DNA of 64,000 nucleotides, from the NCBI RefSeq assembly GCF_001194135.2, contig NC_068996.1, positions 50,746,395 through 50,810,394 on the forward strand. Direction: 5' to 3'. This DNA comes from Octopus bimaculoides (lineage: Eukaryota). The notes under the pieces were generated by a model. That model was not told the origin of the DNA. It saw only the letters and a list, made by a program, of their open reading frames with translations, and searched no databases. Made by a program: the position numbers and the translations under genes. Positions 12,149 through 26,679 of the stretch are shown one piece after another (positions within the stretch are counted from its first letter, which is position 1; the number at the start of each line of letters is the position of its first letter).

Positions 12149-13129
12149 GTAGAAATTTTGCATGAAATAACCTTCTATCACTATTTTCTGGTTGCGAACT
12201 GTTTCTTTTGATTTTGAAAATAGATCAAGGGATGTGATTTTTAAATCCGCTTCTCACTATTAATTACTCCCAACAGTTTTTTCCCCCCACTACTAATGAC
12301 AGAATTATTTTTGAAAGTCTAAAACGAATTTTGTTCATGAAGAAAGACCATTTACAATGTTTCATCACATCCTTATCCTAGATTGCTGCCTGAACACTTT
12401 GATGCTTATTAATCGGTCCTATTTTCAGTAATAGACACATTAAGAATTCTATTCTGTGAGAGCATGAATATAAATTAAATGGAACATATAAAATAAATGG
12501 AAAATATCTTGTTAATATAGAAAAAAACAAAACAAAACAAAGTATATTAATATAAAAAAGAAACTCTGCTGAATTTGACAATTCTTTCAAAAGAAATTGA
12601 AAAATTGGACTCATTTGAATGGAAGCATGCGAGATACTTACTGTAACTTTAACGATATTTCCATTTGTTTTTCATTTCTAATACCTTAAGGCTAAATTAT
12701 TTTCAATGAGTTGCTTCCAACTTCTCCAAAATGAATTCTCTATAAATGCTTATTTCACTGAATGTAAACAATTCTAATTTTGTTATTTTTTGCTTTTTCT
12801 TTTCGTTTGGATTAATCACACACACCCAAAGAAAAAAAAAAAAAACGTTTGTGTTTGAAAGTGAACTTTTGTAGCATCTATGAAAAATACATAAAATATT
12901 TATTTCATTATAAAAAAAAAAAAATGTTTTTATATGATTTGTGGGGCGGAGTTCATATATTCATGGAAGCAAGTGTTTCATGGCCAGGTACTTAAAGAAA
13001 GAAGAAAAATGTAATATATACTGTATCTCAGAATTGAACAAGTATTTGTGTATCTTATCCATATTATGTGTTTTGTTTTTTGTTTAAAATAAACTGGAAG
13101 AAGCAAGGAATTAGTTATTAGTAGACTAA

Positions 13130-13800
13130 GCTGAAACTTAAATGTTGACTTTCCTGAGCCATTGAAGATGAGAAGTATGAAGTGTTTTGATTTGCAAGAT
13201 GGTATGTGAGTATGAATTGGGAGGATATTTTGAGGAAATAAACTGAAATTGTATGGTGTGGTGTGCTTGTCTTTGCTGAAAACAATTCGAAATTAATACA
13301 TTGAGAAATCTCTGAGCAGCAACAGAACTTTGTTTTAGTTGGGTGAAAGAAATCCATGCATTAGTGAATTTGTTGAAGGGAGATTTAGGAAAAAGTAGTT
13401 AAATCATGCATGAGATGAGAGCGGGGTGGAAATCACCAGTAATATGACCCATATGATATAGTATATAGACCCTTGAACATGTACCCATATTGTTGTAGAA
13501 GTTAGTATAAGTGCATACATTGTGGATGAGAATACTCGGTGTGCCTGCTGTACATTGAATCTCTATGAATCATTTAGTGGGTTGCAGCAATTGTTCTTTT
13601 ATTAAAGAGTAGAGGTCTGTTTGTACAGGGGTTTATAGATCAGCTTCTATTAGAGTCTTGGCTGCCTATCTACAAAATATGTATAAACAACGGAGTAAAG
13701 CAGCTGATAGTGGGGGTACTGGCAGCAAGTGGTTTCAAATGATATTGGCTCTTCCTCACCATATGCTGGCCTTGTAATATAACTCCAAAGAGAGTTCACG
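13130..13800 (-). mobile_element. Decayed L1/Tx1-like LINE apurinic endonuclease fragment
   Basis: Minus-strand remnants IHNVYA and ITGDFHP resemble the APE motifs I.NVYAP and GDFN. Confidence 0.4.
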
Positions 13801-13893
13801 CTTCTGACAAATAGCATTTCTTGTTTGAAAACTGTTGCATCTCATTAAGAGAAAAAATATGCTGCAATCCATCAGTTGATCTGTTGTGAAAGC

Positions 13894-13958
<65 letters not shown>

Positions 13959-14405
13959 CTTTTCTTGAGAAAATGTGTCTGGGAGTCAGCCCATATATAG
14001 GAGGTGGGGTGAGAAATTGTTCAACAATTCTTACATATTAGTTATCTGCTCCATCAACAATGTGAACATATTTTAACAGGTCTATGTTGTGTATGATTTA
14101 TAGCACTATCCATAAACCACACATCTGTATTATTGAACTCACACAAATACTTGTTCCTTTAAAACATAATTGCAGAAATGTCATAACTAATATATTATAG
14201 TTATTATCGAGAGCACAGAATGAAATATCGGGAATTTAAGGACTAAAAAAGCTATTCAGATTAGTAAACTAAATCCATCTATTAACAATTGGCATGAACT
14301 GAGCTAATTGGCTGCATTAACACTATCGGCTAGTGTGTTCCACAGCTTTCATCTAATATTATCATTAGAAAAAAAAACAAATTGTTTCATTATCTAAATC
14401 TAGAT

Positions 14406-14704
14406 CAGTGGTTCTTAACTGGGTCCATATGGTCTTTGAGGGCCCATTTAAGATTTTCTTAAAATTTTATCTTCTACAATAAATTAGTTATACTTCTATG
14501 ATACACAAAATATTTTAGCAATTTTTTTAATGATTTCTAATAATATTTAATAATAAAAATATTTAATTATGTTATATATTTAATTTAGTTATAAAAATAT
14601 TAATACAATAAGATTCTTTGAAACATTGAATGGCTAAGAGGGTCTATCTTAGTAAAATAGGAATCAAAAGATTCCATAGGCAAAAAAATGGTTAAGAAAC
14701 ACTG
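14406..14704 (+). mobile_element. hAT-type MITE
   Basis: TIRs CAGTGGTTCTTAAC / GGTTAAGAAACACTG with exact 8-bp TSD ATCTAGAT (14398-14405 and 14705-14712). Confidence 0.85.
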
Positions 14705-14916
14705 ATCTAGATGGAGTTTGTCCTCTTCTTTCTGTTTTTTTTTTTTTTTGGCACAGTGTTTTAAATTTGAAATATTAATGTACAAGATAAAAATATAAAT
14801 CGGTATTATTGTTTTGCTTTGGTTTTGCTTCTGTCTACACTCCTTTATTTCTATACTTCCATTGTAGTGGCTTTCTTCAACATGTACATACAAACACACA
14901 CATATATAATAATAAT

Positions 14917-14954
<38 letters not shown>

Positions 14955-15570
14955 TGTGTGTGGTAATTAGACATACATAGATCTAAGAAAAAGACACATC
15001 TTAATTTATCTAATTATAACATTTATTCATTTATAGTAAGGCTATAATTAGCCTGCTATAAATTGTGGTCGACCACAAGGAGTTGAATATAAAGCGACAG
15101 GAACACAGAACAAGAACGGAATGAGTGTGTTTAATACACAACCAAAAAATTCTGATTTATTGAGCCATTGAAAATATCTCCAGAGTACATATTGAGAAAG
15201 ATATTGAATTAGTTAACTTAAAATACTTGAGTGTTGTATGTGGTAACCAGACACACCTAACATTCATAAGGTGCATTTTAAATTGTCTAATTGAGGCATT
15301 TATTCATTGAGTGTTTTCAGCTAATTATAAATTAGTTGGCCAGCATCTACATGACAAAAACAAACAAAAAGAATGACTCATAAACATGCATATCCACCCC
15401 ACCCCACCCCACTACACACGTGCACACAGTGGAAGCTATTTCTTGGGATCGTTTTGGAAGTCGTTTCATTAGTAACTGGTTGATAACATTAAGCAAATAG
15501 TTTAGGACTCTCAAATTTTGACAACAACCAGTTCATTATCCATGATTATAAGTGACTGTAAATGTTTATA

Positions 15571-15637
<67 letters not shown>

Positions 15638-16467
15638 NNNNNNNNNNNNNNNNNNNNNNNNNNNNNNNNNNNNNNNNNNNNNNNNNNNNNNNNNNNNNNN
15701 NNNNNNNNNNNNNNNNNNNNNNNNNNNNNNNNNNNNNNNNNNNNNNNNNNNNNNNNNNNNNNNNNNNNNNNNNNNNNNNNNNNNNNNNNNNNNNNNNNNN
15801 NNNNNNNNNNNNNNNNNNNNNNNNNNNNNNNNNNNNNNNNNNNNNNNNNNNNNNNNNNNNNNNNNNNNNNNNNNNNNNNNNNNNNNNNNNNNNNNNNNNN
15901 NNNNNNNNNNNNNNNNNNNNNNNNNNNNNNNNNNNNNNNNNNNNNNNNNNNNNNNNNNNNNNNNNNNNNNNNNNNNNNNNNNNNNNNNNNNNNNNNNNNN
16001 NNNNNNNNNNNNNNNNNNNNNNNNNNNNNNNNNNNNNNNNNNNNNNNNNNNNNNNNNNNNNNNNNNNNNNNNNNNNNNNNNNNNNNNNNNNNNNNNNNNN
16101 NNNNNNNNNNNNNNNNNNNNNNNNNNNNNNNNNNNNNNNNNNNNNNNNNNNNNNNNNNNNNNNNNNNNNNNNNNNNNNNNNTTTGTTTGTTTGTTTGTTT
16201 GTTTGTTTGTTTGTTTGTTTGTTTGTTTGTTTGTTTGTTTGTTTGTTTGTTTGTTTGTTTGTTTGTTTGTTTGTTTGTCCTCCACCACTGCTTGACAACC
16301 AGTATTAATGTGTGTTTACATCTCTGTAACTTAACAGTTTGGCAAAAGGGATTGATGGAATAAATACCAGGCTTAGAAAGTACTGGGGTCAATCACTTTG
16401 ACTAAAATTCCCCAGGGCAGTGCCCCAACATGGCCACAGTCTGATGGCTGAAGCAAGTAAAAAATAG

Positions 16468-16507
<40 letters not shown>

Positions 16508-16517
16508 NNNNNNNNNN

Positions 16518-16555
<38 letters not shown>

Positions 16556-16824
16556 AGTGTCATTTGCTTACAACCATGACTCAGTGTCAAGACAATGAAA
16601 CTAACACAAACACATACTCAATTATTATCCTACTAGCTGGCCCTGTGCCATCAAAAATGACAGCTAATTGTAGTATTTTACATATAAATATGGATGGTCA
16701 ATCAAATTAATAGACTTGTCAATGTTGTCTTTTGAGATGTGACATTGATCATCATTTGTTACTGAAAGAATGCTGGTTCACACACATAAACATTCACATA
16801 CTTCTCTTGTACACGCACACACAT

Positions 16825-17205
16825 TGTTGTTGTTGTTGGTACTCTGTCGCTTATGACATCGAGGGTTCCAGTTGATCCGATCAATGGAACAGCCTGCTCG
16901 TGAAATTAACGTGCAAGTGGCTGACCACTCCACAGACACATGTACCCTTAACGTAGTTCTCAGGGATATTCAGTGTGACAAGGCTGGCCCTTTGAAGTAC
17001 AGGTACAACAGAAACAGGAAGTAAGAGTGAGAGAAAGTTGTGGTGGAAGAGTACAGCAGGGTTCGCCACCATCCCCTGCCGGAGCCTCGTGGAGCTTTAG
17101 GTGCTTTCTCTCAATAAACACTCACAACGCCCGGTTTGGGAATCAAAACCGCGATCCTATGACCACGAGTGCTCTGCCCTAACCACTGGGCCATTGCACC
17201 TCCAC
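16825..17205 (-). mobile_element. tRNA-derived SINE with (AAC)n tail
   Basis: Minus-strand A box TGGCCCAGTGG, B-like GGTTTTGATTCC, (AAC)n tail at ~16825; related partial copies at 32400-32600 and 48010-48300. Confidence 0.8.
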
Positions 17206-17669
17206 TCACACACACATACACACACATATACTCACACAGAGTTGAAATGCTGTTTGATTTTTCTTTTCAGATGTACTCCATCCCATTGCACATACACACA
17301 CACACCTCCCTTTTACATACACACACATATACTCACACGGAGTTGAAATGCTAATTTTTTACCCCACCCCTTCCTTCCTTATTCATCTATCACCCCCTTC
17401 CTTTCTCATTTATATGTTGTGACGGAGAAAAACACGAGTATTATTATATTAGATGGTGTTTGTTTATTTTTTTTTTTAGTTTCCACCTGCCAAATCCACA
17501 TACATAGCTTTGGCCTGCCTGGGCCATAGCAATAAACACTTATCCAAAGTACCACACATAGTATTGAACCTGAAACCATGTGGTTGGGGAGCAAAATTCT
17601 GGCCCATATTTACTGCTAATTACTCAATAAAGCAGGATTGTCTAGGATGGAATATCTTTCATCTTAGGT

Positions 17670-18045
17670 CCCTTTCTCTCTCTCTCTCTCTCTCTCTCAC
17701 TCATTCACTCACCCTTTCTCTTTTTCACACTCACTCACCCTTTCTCTTTCTCTCACACTCACTCACTCACCCTTTCTCTCTCTCACAGACACTCTCTCTT
17801 TTCTCTCTCTCTCACACACACACTCACTCATTCACTCACCCCATCTCTCTCTCTCACACACACACACTCTTTCTCTCTCTTACTCACTCTTTCTCTCTCT
17901 TACTCACTCTTTCTCTCTCTCACACTCTCTCTCTCTCTCACACTCTCTCACTTTCTCTCTCTCACACTCACCCACCCTCTCTCACTCACTCACTCTCTCT
18001 CTCTCTCTTTCTCTTTCTTTCTCTCTCTCTCACACACACACATTG
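17670..18045 (+). repeat. Degenerate (CT)n/(CACT)n low-complexity tract
   Basis: Direct reading. Confidence 0.9.
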
Positions 18046-19149
18046 ATTAATGTAGTTCTGAATAAAAGATGGGATAGCCATTTCTGGAATGTCTTTCATC
18101 ATGGTTCAGCTCACTCAGGACTGGTCTAGGGTTACACCACTGTGACAGCAATAAAAAAAAGTTGATTTCATCCTATTCTAAACACACACTCTGAACTTTT
18201 TGCACAACACTTATTTACAAACCTTGTTCGTCTCATAACCTTTTCTGCTACAAACAAACAACCTGGACACAACACACACACTCCTTCCATTTCCTTTCAA
18301 TGATAATGACTCATAGAAATGACACATTATTCTAGCTTCTAGTATTAAGAGACAAACATTCTCTGCAATCATTTAACTTCTTCGATCCTTTAGGTAAATA
18401 GGCATGAAATGAGATTAAATATTTTGTGTCGAGAATATTATGTCACCGTTCCAAAATGGGCCTCGCAACTAATGCAATTTTGTTTTTCTATCAAAATGTA
18501 TTGCATGTACATACAAAAAATAATGGCCTGTCAGAATACCTTATTTCTTAAGCTATACCAGTTCTCATATTGTAATTTATATATGTAATATATAGCATGT
18601 AAGAATATTACATATTTATATTGTTGTGTAACATAACACATGTAAGAATATTGCATATTTATATTGTTATATATGTAATATATAGCATGTAAGAATATTA
18701 CATGTTAATATTCCATGCCAGCATCGAAAACAGATGTTAAATGATGATGATGATGATGATTGTTATATATGTAATATATAGCATGTAAGAATATTAATAT
18801 TTATATGCAGTGAGTGTATTACATATTAATATTGTTACATGCATGTAAGCAGTAACATTGAGTAAATTTGTATTCCTTCAGATTTATTTTTCCAGTGTTT
18901 CAATATTTTAAATGTGGAATTAAAAATGCTTATAATTAAATCCACCCCCAATCAACCACTTACTTCTGCATGCGTTGTACACCTCGTTTCTAATATCTAC
19001 CTCATCACTGCTCCTCCTGATCATTTTCTACCTCCCCTACTGAATGTGAGTGAGTAACTATGCAACGCTACCCCTTCACCTTCTCTCATACTTTGTCCCC
19101 TATTATAAAGCTGATCCCTTGTCTCTGAAAGTTGTCATAGTCTTGTATG

Positions 19150-19385
19150 CTGTATGGCAACCGCACTAATGCTGGCGCCATGTAAAAAGCATCCAGTACA
19201 TTCTGTAAAGTTGGTGGCATTAGGAAGGACATCCAGCTGTAGAAACCTATGTCAAAGCAGACACTAAAACATGATGCAGTCCTTGGATCCGTTGGATTCT
19301 GTCAAGCCATCCAGCCCATGCCAGCAAGGAAAATGGGTGTGAAATAATGATGACGACAATGTTTACGATGATGATGATGATACTA
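19150..19385 (+). mobile_element. SINE family C 3' part with (GAT)n tail
   Basis: GGCATTAGGAAGGACATCCAGCTGTAGAAACC..CCATGCCAGCA..GATGATGATG, shared with 62860-63020. Confidence 0.75.
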
Positions 19386-19509
19386 AGTATACTACAGTCA
19401 AAGCATTAGAAATTATTTTTATGCAAACTCAGCTGTCCATTTTGCTTAGATACCGAATGTATAAAAACTTATTGAATGAACTTGTTTTTAATTTGTGTTA
19501 TTTCCATAG

Positions 19510-19533
19510 AAGTTCTGTACTGAGTGATTCATG
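19510..19533 (+). CDS. Candidate 24-nt micro-exon
   Basis: Long pyrimidine tract ending tttccatAG|, ATG|GTATTT donor; open only in phase 2 (SSVLSDS). Confidence 0.35.
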
Positions 19534-20308
19534 GTATTTCACTGGGAAGGTCTTCAACTTAATAAATATCACACATTCAGAATTCATTTACTATTCTTTT
19601 CCTTGCATCATTCCTTGAATCTCTGTCTATCTAGTTATTTTCATTGTTATATCTATTTATCTATCTACCATATTATGGAATTCATATCTAGCTAGGTTCC
19701 CGCCTATTTAGTATAAATTTGTAGCAAATTCTAATAACATTTAAACAAGTTGAAATGTTCCAATTCTTTTTCTTCTCCTCATGTTTGGGAGGGTCTGAAA
19801 AGGAGGTCTCTATACACCACTCCTTTTTTAGCCTGTTATTTTGTTTGAAGCAAGTATTTCACAGTATAATATTCTTATTAGTAATAAATCTATTGCAAAA
19901 TAGAAATGGTGTCATATTAAATGACACCACTGTTAGAAACTAATAAAGCAATTTAGTGACTTTGACAGTCTGTACATTAAAGCTTATGGCGGAAGCTATA
20001 TTCTTCCAGTGTCACTTAAAAAAAAAAAAAAAATGTGTATTTGGAATGTGTGTTCTTCTAATTAAGTTAAAATAGCAAGTAGTTTCAGACTGGCCACCAA
20101 GCTATAACTTTCTCTTTTGGAATTTGTTGGGGGTTAGGTGTTTTTTTAAACAGTTATATGTATTTTTATGACTATAAACTTGTTTCTGCACACAGATAGA
20201 CAAGCATTTGTCACCTGCCAATAGATTTATTTCATTAACTTGTCTATTTAATTGCTTTATCATCGTCATCTGGTTGAACTTGCTTGGACATTTTTAACCC
20301 ACACATAC

Positions 20309-20409
20309 CATCCATTTTGGTCCTGCATTTGACGTGGGACGAGTATCTAAGTGAATGTGAGACATGGAATGTCTTTCGATTGCTAATTTCTTGTCTCTGG
20401 CTGCAAATC
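20309..20409 (-). CDS. Candidate coding exon (101 nt)
   Basis: gattgtctgtAG|..ATG|GTATGT; phase 1 to 0 reads GFAARDKKLAIERHSMSHIHLDTRPTSNAGPKWM (phase 2 is also open). Confidence 0.4.
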
Positions 20410-20985
20410 CTACAGACAATCATTGCCAAATTCTAATCTAGAATTGTTTGACAATGTCTTAGCTATTGTAGTAGCAATTAATGTTTTTTTTTGTTATGCG
20501 GGTGTATCAGTGTAAAACAAATATTTAGAAAATTCTGCTATGCTTTCACCAACCCCTTTACTCTGTATTTGTTATTGTAATTTATCTACTACCCTTTTTA
20601 TATAAAAGGATCTAAATTTGTAAGTTCTTGATCAAGAGGTGATACCACTTAGTAAACCGGTTTGGATTCACAAGTCAACTATCCATATATGACATGTAAA
20701 ATAAAAAAAAAAAAAAAAAAAAAAAAAANNNNNNNNNNTATCAATATTTTACATCTTGGGTTGTACTTGTTGGGTAATTATAAACTATTTTACTTTACAA
20801 ATACTTTACGAATACTATAATCATGTGCTTAGTTTTGAAAACTTATCTGTTCATTTTTTTTCTTTTTTTTCTTTCTTTTAAAGATAAATATATTTTGTGA
20901 ACAGATAAATGAACCAAAAGCAATTTTTGAGTAATTTTATATATATATATATAATACACACACACAAACATATATAGATATGTAA

Positions 20986-21017
<32 letters not shown>

Positions 21018-22439
21018 ACCAATTGCTTATTTTCCTTATTTCTTTGGGTTTCTTTACTTACAATAATATTTCTAATATTTCATATTCTTATACTTGATAG
21101 CATGTAGTTCTTTAAAAAGCATTTAAGCTTTAGCAGCGCTGCTAGATCTATTAGAAATAGCAGTCAAATCTCTGTGGGATCATACCCTACCATTCAAAAA
21201 AAAAAAAAGTACACATAAAGTAATGTAGTCTTTAGTACCTATATCTGAACAAAAGATGGGTTTGTCATAGCTGGAAGACTTTTAGAGTAGTTCTGCTTAG
21301 AGCTGAATTGCTTCCATTTTAATCACTACCACAATGTCAACTTCTCTATGACTTGGACAGAATTTGTTGAGACAAATTTTTGTCTAGATGAATGCCTTTT
21401 CTGCTGCCAACCCTCGCCTGTTTTCAAGCAAAGTAATATTTCCCCATGCCCAGACATGTTTTCACAGATGAGAAATGAATGACATTGCTTTTATGATGGA
21501 GGCATTCCTTTACAACTGTCTTGTGATGTCCAGACAGAGAGACATAAGCGCACCCATTCACATGTGTCCACAAATGTATACATACATACATGATGGTTGC
21601 AAACTCATGTTTGAGTATTGCCATCGCCTGATTGAAAGTCCCACACATGTGAAGACTACGACCAGCCATTTTTGTGATAGGTCTTTTTTTTTCAAGCGGT
21701 GCCTGTGCATGGTGGTTTTTTATAGAGGGGAAAGGATTTGCACAGATCCAATCCCATTCTCTGAATATGGACAACATAAACTCGAAAAGAACTAGTCTAC
21801 ATCATTGAATATTGTCAGTGTTGCAGGTTTTCTCTCAGAGTTTCCCTCTCTTAGAGAGATGTTGTGACAACAAAAGAGGAGCCCTCCCACTCCCAGTGGG
21901 TCAACCGCACACCTGGACACCAGGTATTTCCATATTAAAGCTTTAAAAATAGACAACCACTGCTTAAGTGGAAAATGCAATATAGATGGGATACTCAAAA
22001 TAAATATTTAAGGATTTTTGACTATCAACCCATGATCCTTTGAGAATATCTTAGTTTTTGTATTTTGGTTTATCTAGCTCTCTGGTTCTCAACCATTTGA
22101 GTCTTATTTTACTCAGATGAACCCCACATCCCATAACCATTTGTATTGAAGAAGTTTATCAAATTTATTGCACATAAATTTTATATATAGATCCCACAGA
22201 GGTCATATGGACCCTGATTAAGAACCACCAAGCTAGCTGTTTGGAATAAGTGCCAATTATTTTGAAAATGCTTTTGTTGGAGTTTGGCTTCAAATTGAAA
22301 ACAGGGTTAAGTTCTCATTGCTCAAAACTATGTCTTTAAAGCAGTCACTTGTCTTAGTCGTCTCTTCTATGTGGAGATATTGTTTCCGCTGACAGATACG
22401 TATTAAGTGATCTCAGCTTCAGTACTAAGGGCAGGAATT

Positions 22440-22660
22440 AGTGTCACAGGAAAGAATCACAAGACAGATTCTTCAAGCTGAACCATCCAGCAGGAGACCT
22501 AGGGGTTGGATAAAGTCCACGATCTCAGTTGGTCATGGTTGGGAGTCCAGCTCGAGCATGTAATGACAGTTGCTTCTGATAGGATCCTATAGAGTAGGTG
22601 CCTGAAAACTTTACCCCCCCCTTCTTCAAAACCCCTTAAGAATAGTAGGTGGTGAAAATG
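22440..22660 (+). mobile_element. RTE-clade LINE 3' end remnant
   Basis: ERITRQILQAEPSSRRPRG resembles the RTE C-terminal ..GRRPRGRP..W motif. Confidence 0.5.
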
Positions 22661-22841
22661 GGGGGATGGATGGACACATGTACACACAAACCTTTAAATA
22701 CACACACACATGAGCGAATGCACATGCTCACACACACACACACACTTCCTCTCTCTTCCATACATTCTTACTCACATCCATACAACAATATAAATACAGA
22801 ACCTAAAAAACTGAGACAGACAGATAAAACATGAAGCTTAC

Positions 22842-22885
22842 CTTTGGGTAAAGAGGGCTGCCATTGATGAGGTTGTGGATGGCAG
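22842..22885 (-). CDS. Candidate coding exon (alternative acceptor at 22908)
   Basis: gtcctttAG|..AAAG|GTAAGC; phase 1 reads AAIHNLINGSPLYPK; the 67-nt form in phase 0 reads LHLSKSFSCHPQPHQWQPSLPK. Confidence 0.4.
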
Positions 22886-23082
22886 CTAAAGGACTTTGAT
22901 AAATGTAACTGATTGATTGATTAACTGAACAATAAATGAGCCAATCAATTAACTGGTTTAAGCTGTTAAGTAACTGATGAACAATAAAGAAATGAAATAG
23001 AATCAGTGTATCCCAAGATACAACAGAATATTTCAGCTGATGAGTTGAGGTCAGGGTTCTTGCAGACCAAATCAGAGATGCA

Positions 23083-23142
<60 letters not shown>

Positions 23143-23464
23143 NNNNNNNNNNNNNNNNNNNNNNNNNNNNNNNNNNNNNNNNNNNNNNNNNNNNNNNNNN
23201 NNNNNNNNNNNNNNNNNNNNNNNNNNNNNNNNNNNNNNNNNNNNNNNNNNNNNNNNNNNNNNNNNNNNNNNNNNNNNNNNNNNNNNNNNNNNNNNNNNNN
23301 NNNNNNNNNNNNNNNNNNNNNNNNNNNNNNNNNNNNNNNNNNNNNNNNNNNNNNNNNNNNNNNNNNNNNNNNNNNNNNNNNNNNNNNNNNNNNNNNNNNN
23401 NNNNNNNNNNNNNNNNNNNNNNNNNNNNNNNNNNNNNNNNNNNNNATATGTATATATATGTATG

Positions 23465-23469
<5 letters not shown>

Positions 23470-23511
<42 letters not shown>

Positions 23512-23710
23512 CTGTGTCTGTGTCTGTCCCCCAACATCGCTTGACAACCGATGGTTGTGTGTTTACGTCCCCGTAACTTAGTGGTTCGGCAAAAGAGACC
23601 GATAGAATAAGTACTAGGCTTCCAAAGAATAAGTTCTGGGGTTGATTTGATCGACTAAAGGCAGTGCTCCAGCATGGCCACAGTCAAATGACTGAAACAA
23701 AAAAAGAGTA
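23470..23710 (+). mobile_element. SINE family A 3' half
   Basis: CCCCAACATCGCTTGACAACCGATG..GGTTCGGCAAAAGAGACCGATAGAATAAGTAC..GGCCACAGTCAAATGACTGAAACA. Confidence 0.85.
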
Positions 23711-24822
23711 ATTATATATATATATATATTTTTTTTTGCTTGTTCATGAAGGAAAATATCAATATCCGAAATGAATTGTTTAATCTGGATACTTCATTTA
23801 ATACAAAAAAATGCTTTGTGTATTGTTATCTGGTAAAATTTGTAGCAACTTTTTAACCAAGTTTTTTTAGACTGAAGTAGTGTCAAAGATAGTGACGGCT
23901 ATTTAGATCAGTTATTCCTAGCTTAAAACTACTTTTGTTGTGTTAATTATGAACTGTTTTATGTTTCTACAAATTTAACAAATTCTCATGCAGAAATGAA
24001 GAAAGGGAAATTCTTTTATGCTTCCATGTAGTGTAGTGAAGTTAAAAACAACTTTGTCATTCTCAGTTTCTGAAATTCCTTTTTTTTCCCCCTTTAGAAA
24101 TGTATCCATTTTGGAAATAACGAATGGCTAAATTTGCTGTTTGTTGCAGCAATATTTAAATAAAAGCCTAAATATTCTCACAATAGTAAATTCTTCATTT
24201 GTTTATGTATGCATACACACACATACACACCTCTGACAACTTTCAACTAATTGCCCTCACTTCCAAAATCTCAAATATAGGTTTTGAAAACTCTTGTAAA
24301 CAATCATCTCTCAGATGGCTCAGTGTGGGAGCTTCTATATTTCTCACTTAAATCTGTCAAAAATAGCAGTCAAATCTCCCTCAAATCACACCTTACCATC
24401 TTAAAAATCATACAACTGAAAAAGACAAGGTGATCACGGCAGGAATATTGTTGATCTAAGTTTGCTCAATTGAAGTTAACTTGGAGTTAGACAACTTCCT
24501 CCACCCCATCTCTCCTTTAGCGTTTTGAGTCTGACCCTTCCTAAGTGTTTTGATGCATTTTACATTAATAAAACCTTCAACCATGTCAAACACACAGTCT
24601 ATTAAGTTTGTTGCTCATTCATGAGCACTATTTATCTTTCTCATTTTTTGAATTGAAAATTTCCCATCAGTCCACCCCATAGCATTGTACACTCATGGAC
24701 TATCTCTGACCTCTCACCCATACACCATCAATTTTGATGAAATCTAAACTCTGTTTCCTCACATTTTCTTTTTGTACAAGATTAGCCTGTTTACTGTCAT
24801 TTCGATAACACGCAACCCTCCT

Positions 24823-24866
<44 letters not shown>

Positions 24867-25349
24867 TGCTCATTCTTATGTAGATGTCAGCCCTATTCCA
24901 CTTTAACCTTTGAAGCAAGTATCAAGTTCTTGGGTGGCTTGGCCTTTTAGAAATAGCAGCAAAATCTCTTTGTGATCACAATTTATTTTAAAAAATATAG
25001 TAGGCAAAGCTGAAATGCATTTGATGACATTGGTAAGTTTGATTAAAACTGATCTGGTGCTAAACTGCAGCAACATTCTGGTTTCATCACCGTTATACAA
25101 CATAGAATATCTCGCACTGAATTTTCACTGCTTCCATGAACAGAGATTTAGAAAACTTCCTTCAGTGAGAACATGACAACAGCATAAAAATCCAATCACT
25201 ACACAAAACAAAGAGTCTGGTGCATCATTCTTTTGTGATGAGCAATACACATCTAAAACCCATCAAAATTACAATAACTGTTGGGCCTCACCATTTTTTG
25301 TTTTGTGACACCCTCACATAAATCTGACATTATTAAAATTAAATCTAAG

Positions 25350-25790
25350 GCAGCAAGCTGGCAGAAACGTTAGCACACCAGGTGAAACGCCTAGTGGTAT
25401 TTTGTCTGCCGCCACATTCTGAGTTCAAATTCTGTCGAGGTCAACTTTGTCTTTCATCCTTTCGCGGTCGATTAAATAAGTACCAGTTACTCACTGGGGT
25501 CGATGTAATCAATTTAATCCCTTTGTCTGTCCTTGTTTGTCCCCTCTGTGTGTAGCCCCTTGTGGGCAGTAAAGAAATAAGAAATGTTAGCACGCCAGGT
25601 GAAATGCCTAGTGGTATTTCGTCCGTCTTTACGTTCTGAGTTCAAATTCCACTGAGGTTGACTTTGCCTTTCATCCTTTTGGGGGTTGATAAATTAAGTA
25701 CCAGTTGCATACTGTGGTTGATCTAATTGATTGTCCCCTCCTCCTCAAAATTTTTGGGCCTTGTGCCTAGAATAGAAAAGATTATTGAAA
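25350..25790 (+). mobile_element. Two tandem SINE family B copies
   Basis: GTTAGCAC.CCAGGTGAAA.GCCTAGTGGTATTT occurs at ~25370 and ~25587. Confidence 0.8.
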
Positions 25791-26679
25791 TCAAAACAGC
25801 AACTCAAAGACTTGGCATTCTGTTCAAAGCCAGAAAATACTTTGACTCTGATCAGTCAGTAATTACCTACAAATTCTATATGTAACCTACAGCATAGAGA
25901 TGCACACACAAAGGGCAAGGTGATGTTGCTGCTATACAGATAAATCCTTAGCTGAAACTGGAAAACAAGGCCAACAAACTGATATACAAACATTCATCCA
26001 TGAATGCACTACAGGTACAACATGACTTTCTGGACATTGTTGGTCCAGAACCTCATATAACCATCACTAATTTGCACTAATAAACAGGTATCTTAAGTAA
26101 ATTTAATATTTGTTTAATTTAGTGTATTCACCAAGGTAACTAGCTCTGGTTTGAAAAGGTCTCTAAACCAGAAAGGTTTTTGAATCAAAGGCTCTAAAAA
26201 AATCAATATTGTACCTGTATTTCATCTCCTCTTAATCCCTTCTACAATGGCCTCTACTCCTCTGATCTTGGTTATTTGCAGGCCCATCTAATGCTTTCTC
26301 CTCTAATCCTCATCCCTGTTGTGTGTCATCTCCTAGATTCCTCTACATATTTTTTACTCCATCCTTCCTCACAGAAGTGCAATTCTGAAGTTCCTGCCCA
26401 AGGTTAGTTCTGATCAGAGGCTCTCCGTCTGTGTCCTTCATGTCTCTTGTAGGACTATATTATCTCTTGTATATTTCCTATTTCAAGATGCTTAAGTGTG
26501 ATTTGAAGGAGATTTAGTTGCTATTTCTAGTAGACAAGCGTCTCCTCCTTTCTTTGTTTTTTCTGCCAATGTTGACCTACAGATGTTCAAACTTGAGCAT
26601 TAACCACATCAACCATGTTAGTCTGAGAAGACCTGAAGTGGTTGGCATTTCTTTTCATGACTAACTTGAGTCCACACAC

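Noticed and set aside
12642-12756. Minus-strand AG..GTAAGT pair
   Set aside because: Stops in all three frames for the best acceptor; the shorter version does not fit neighbouring phases.
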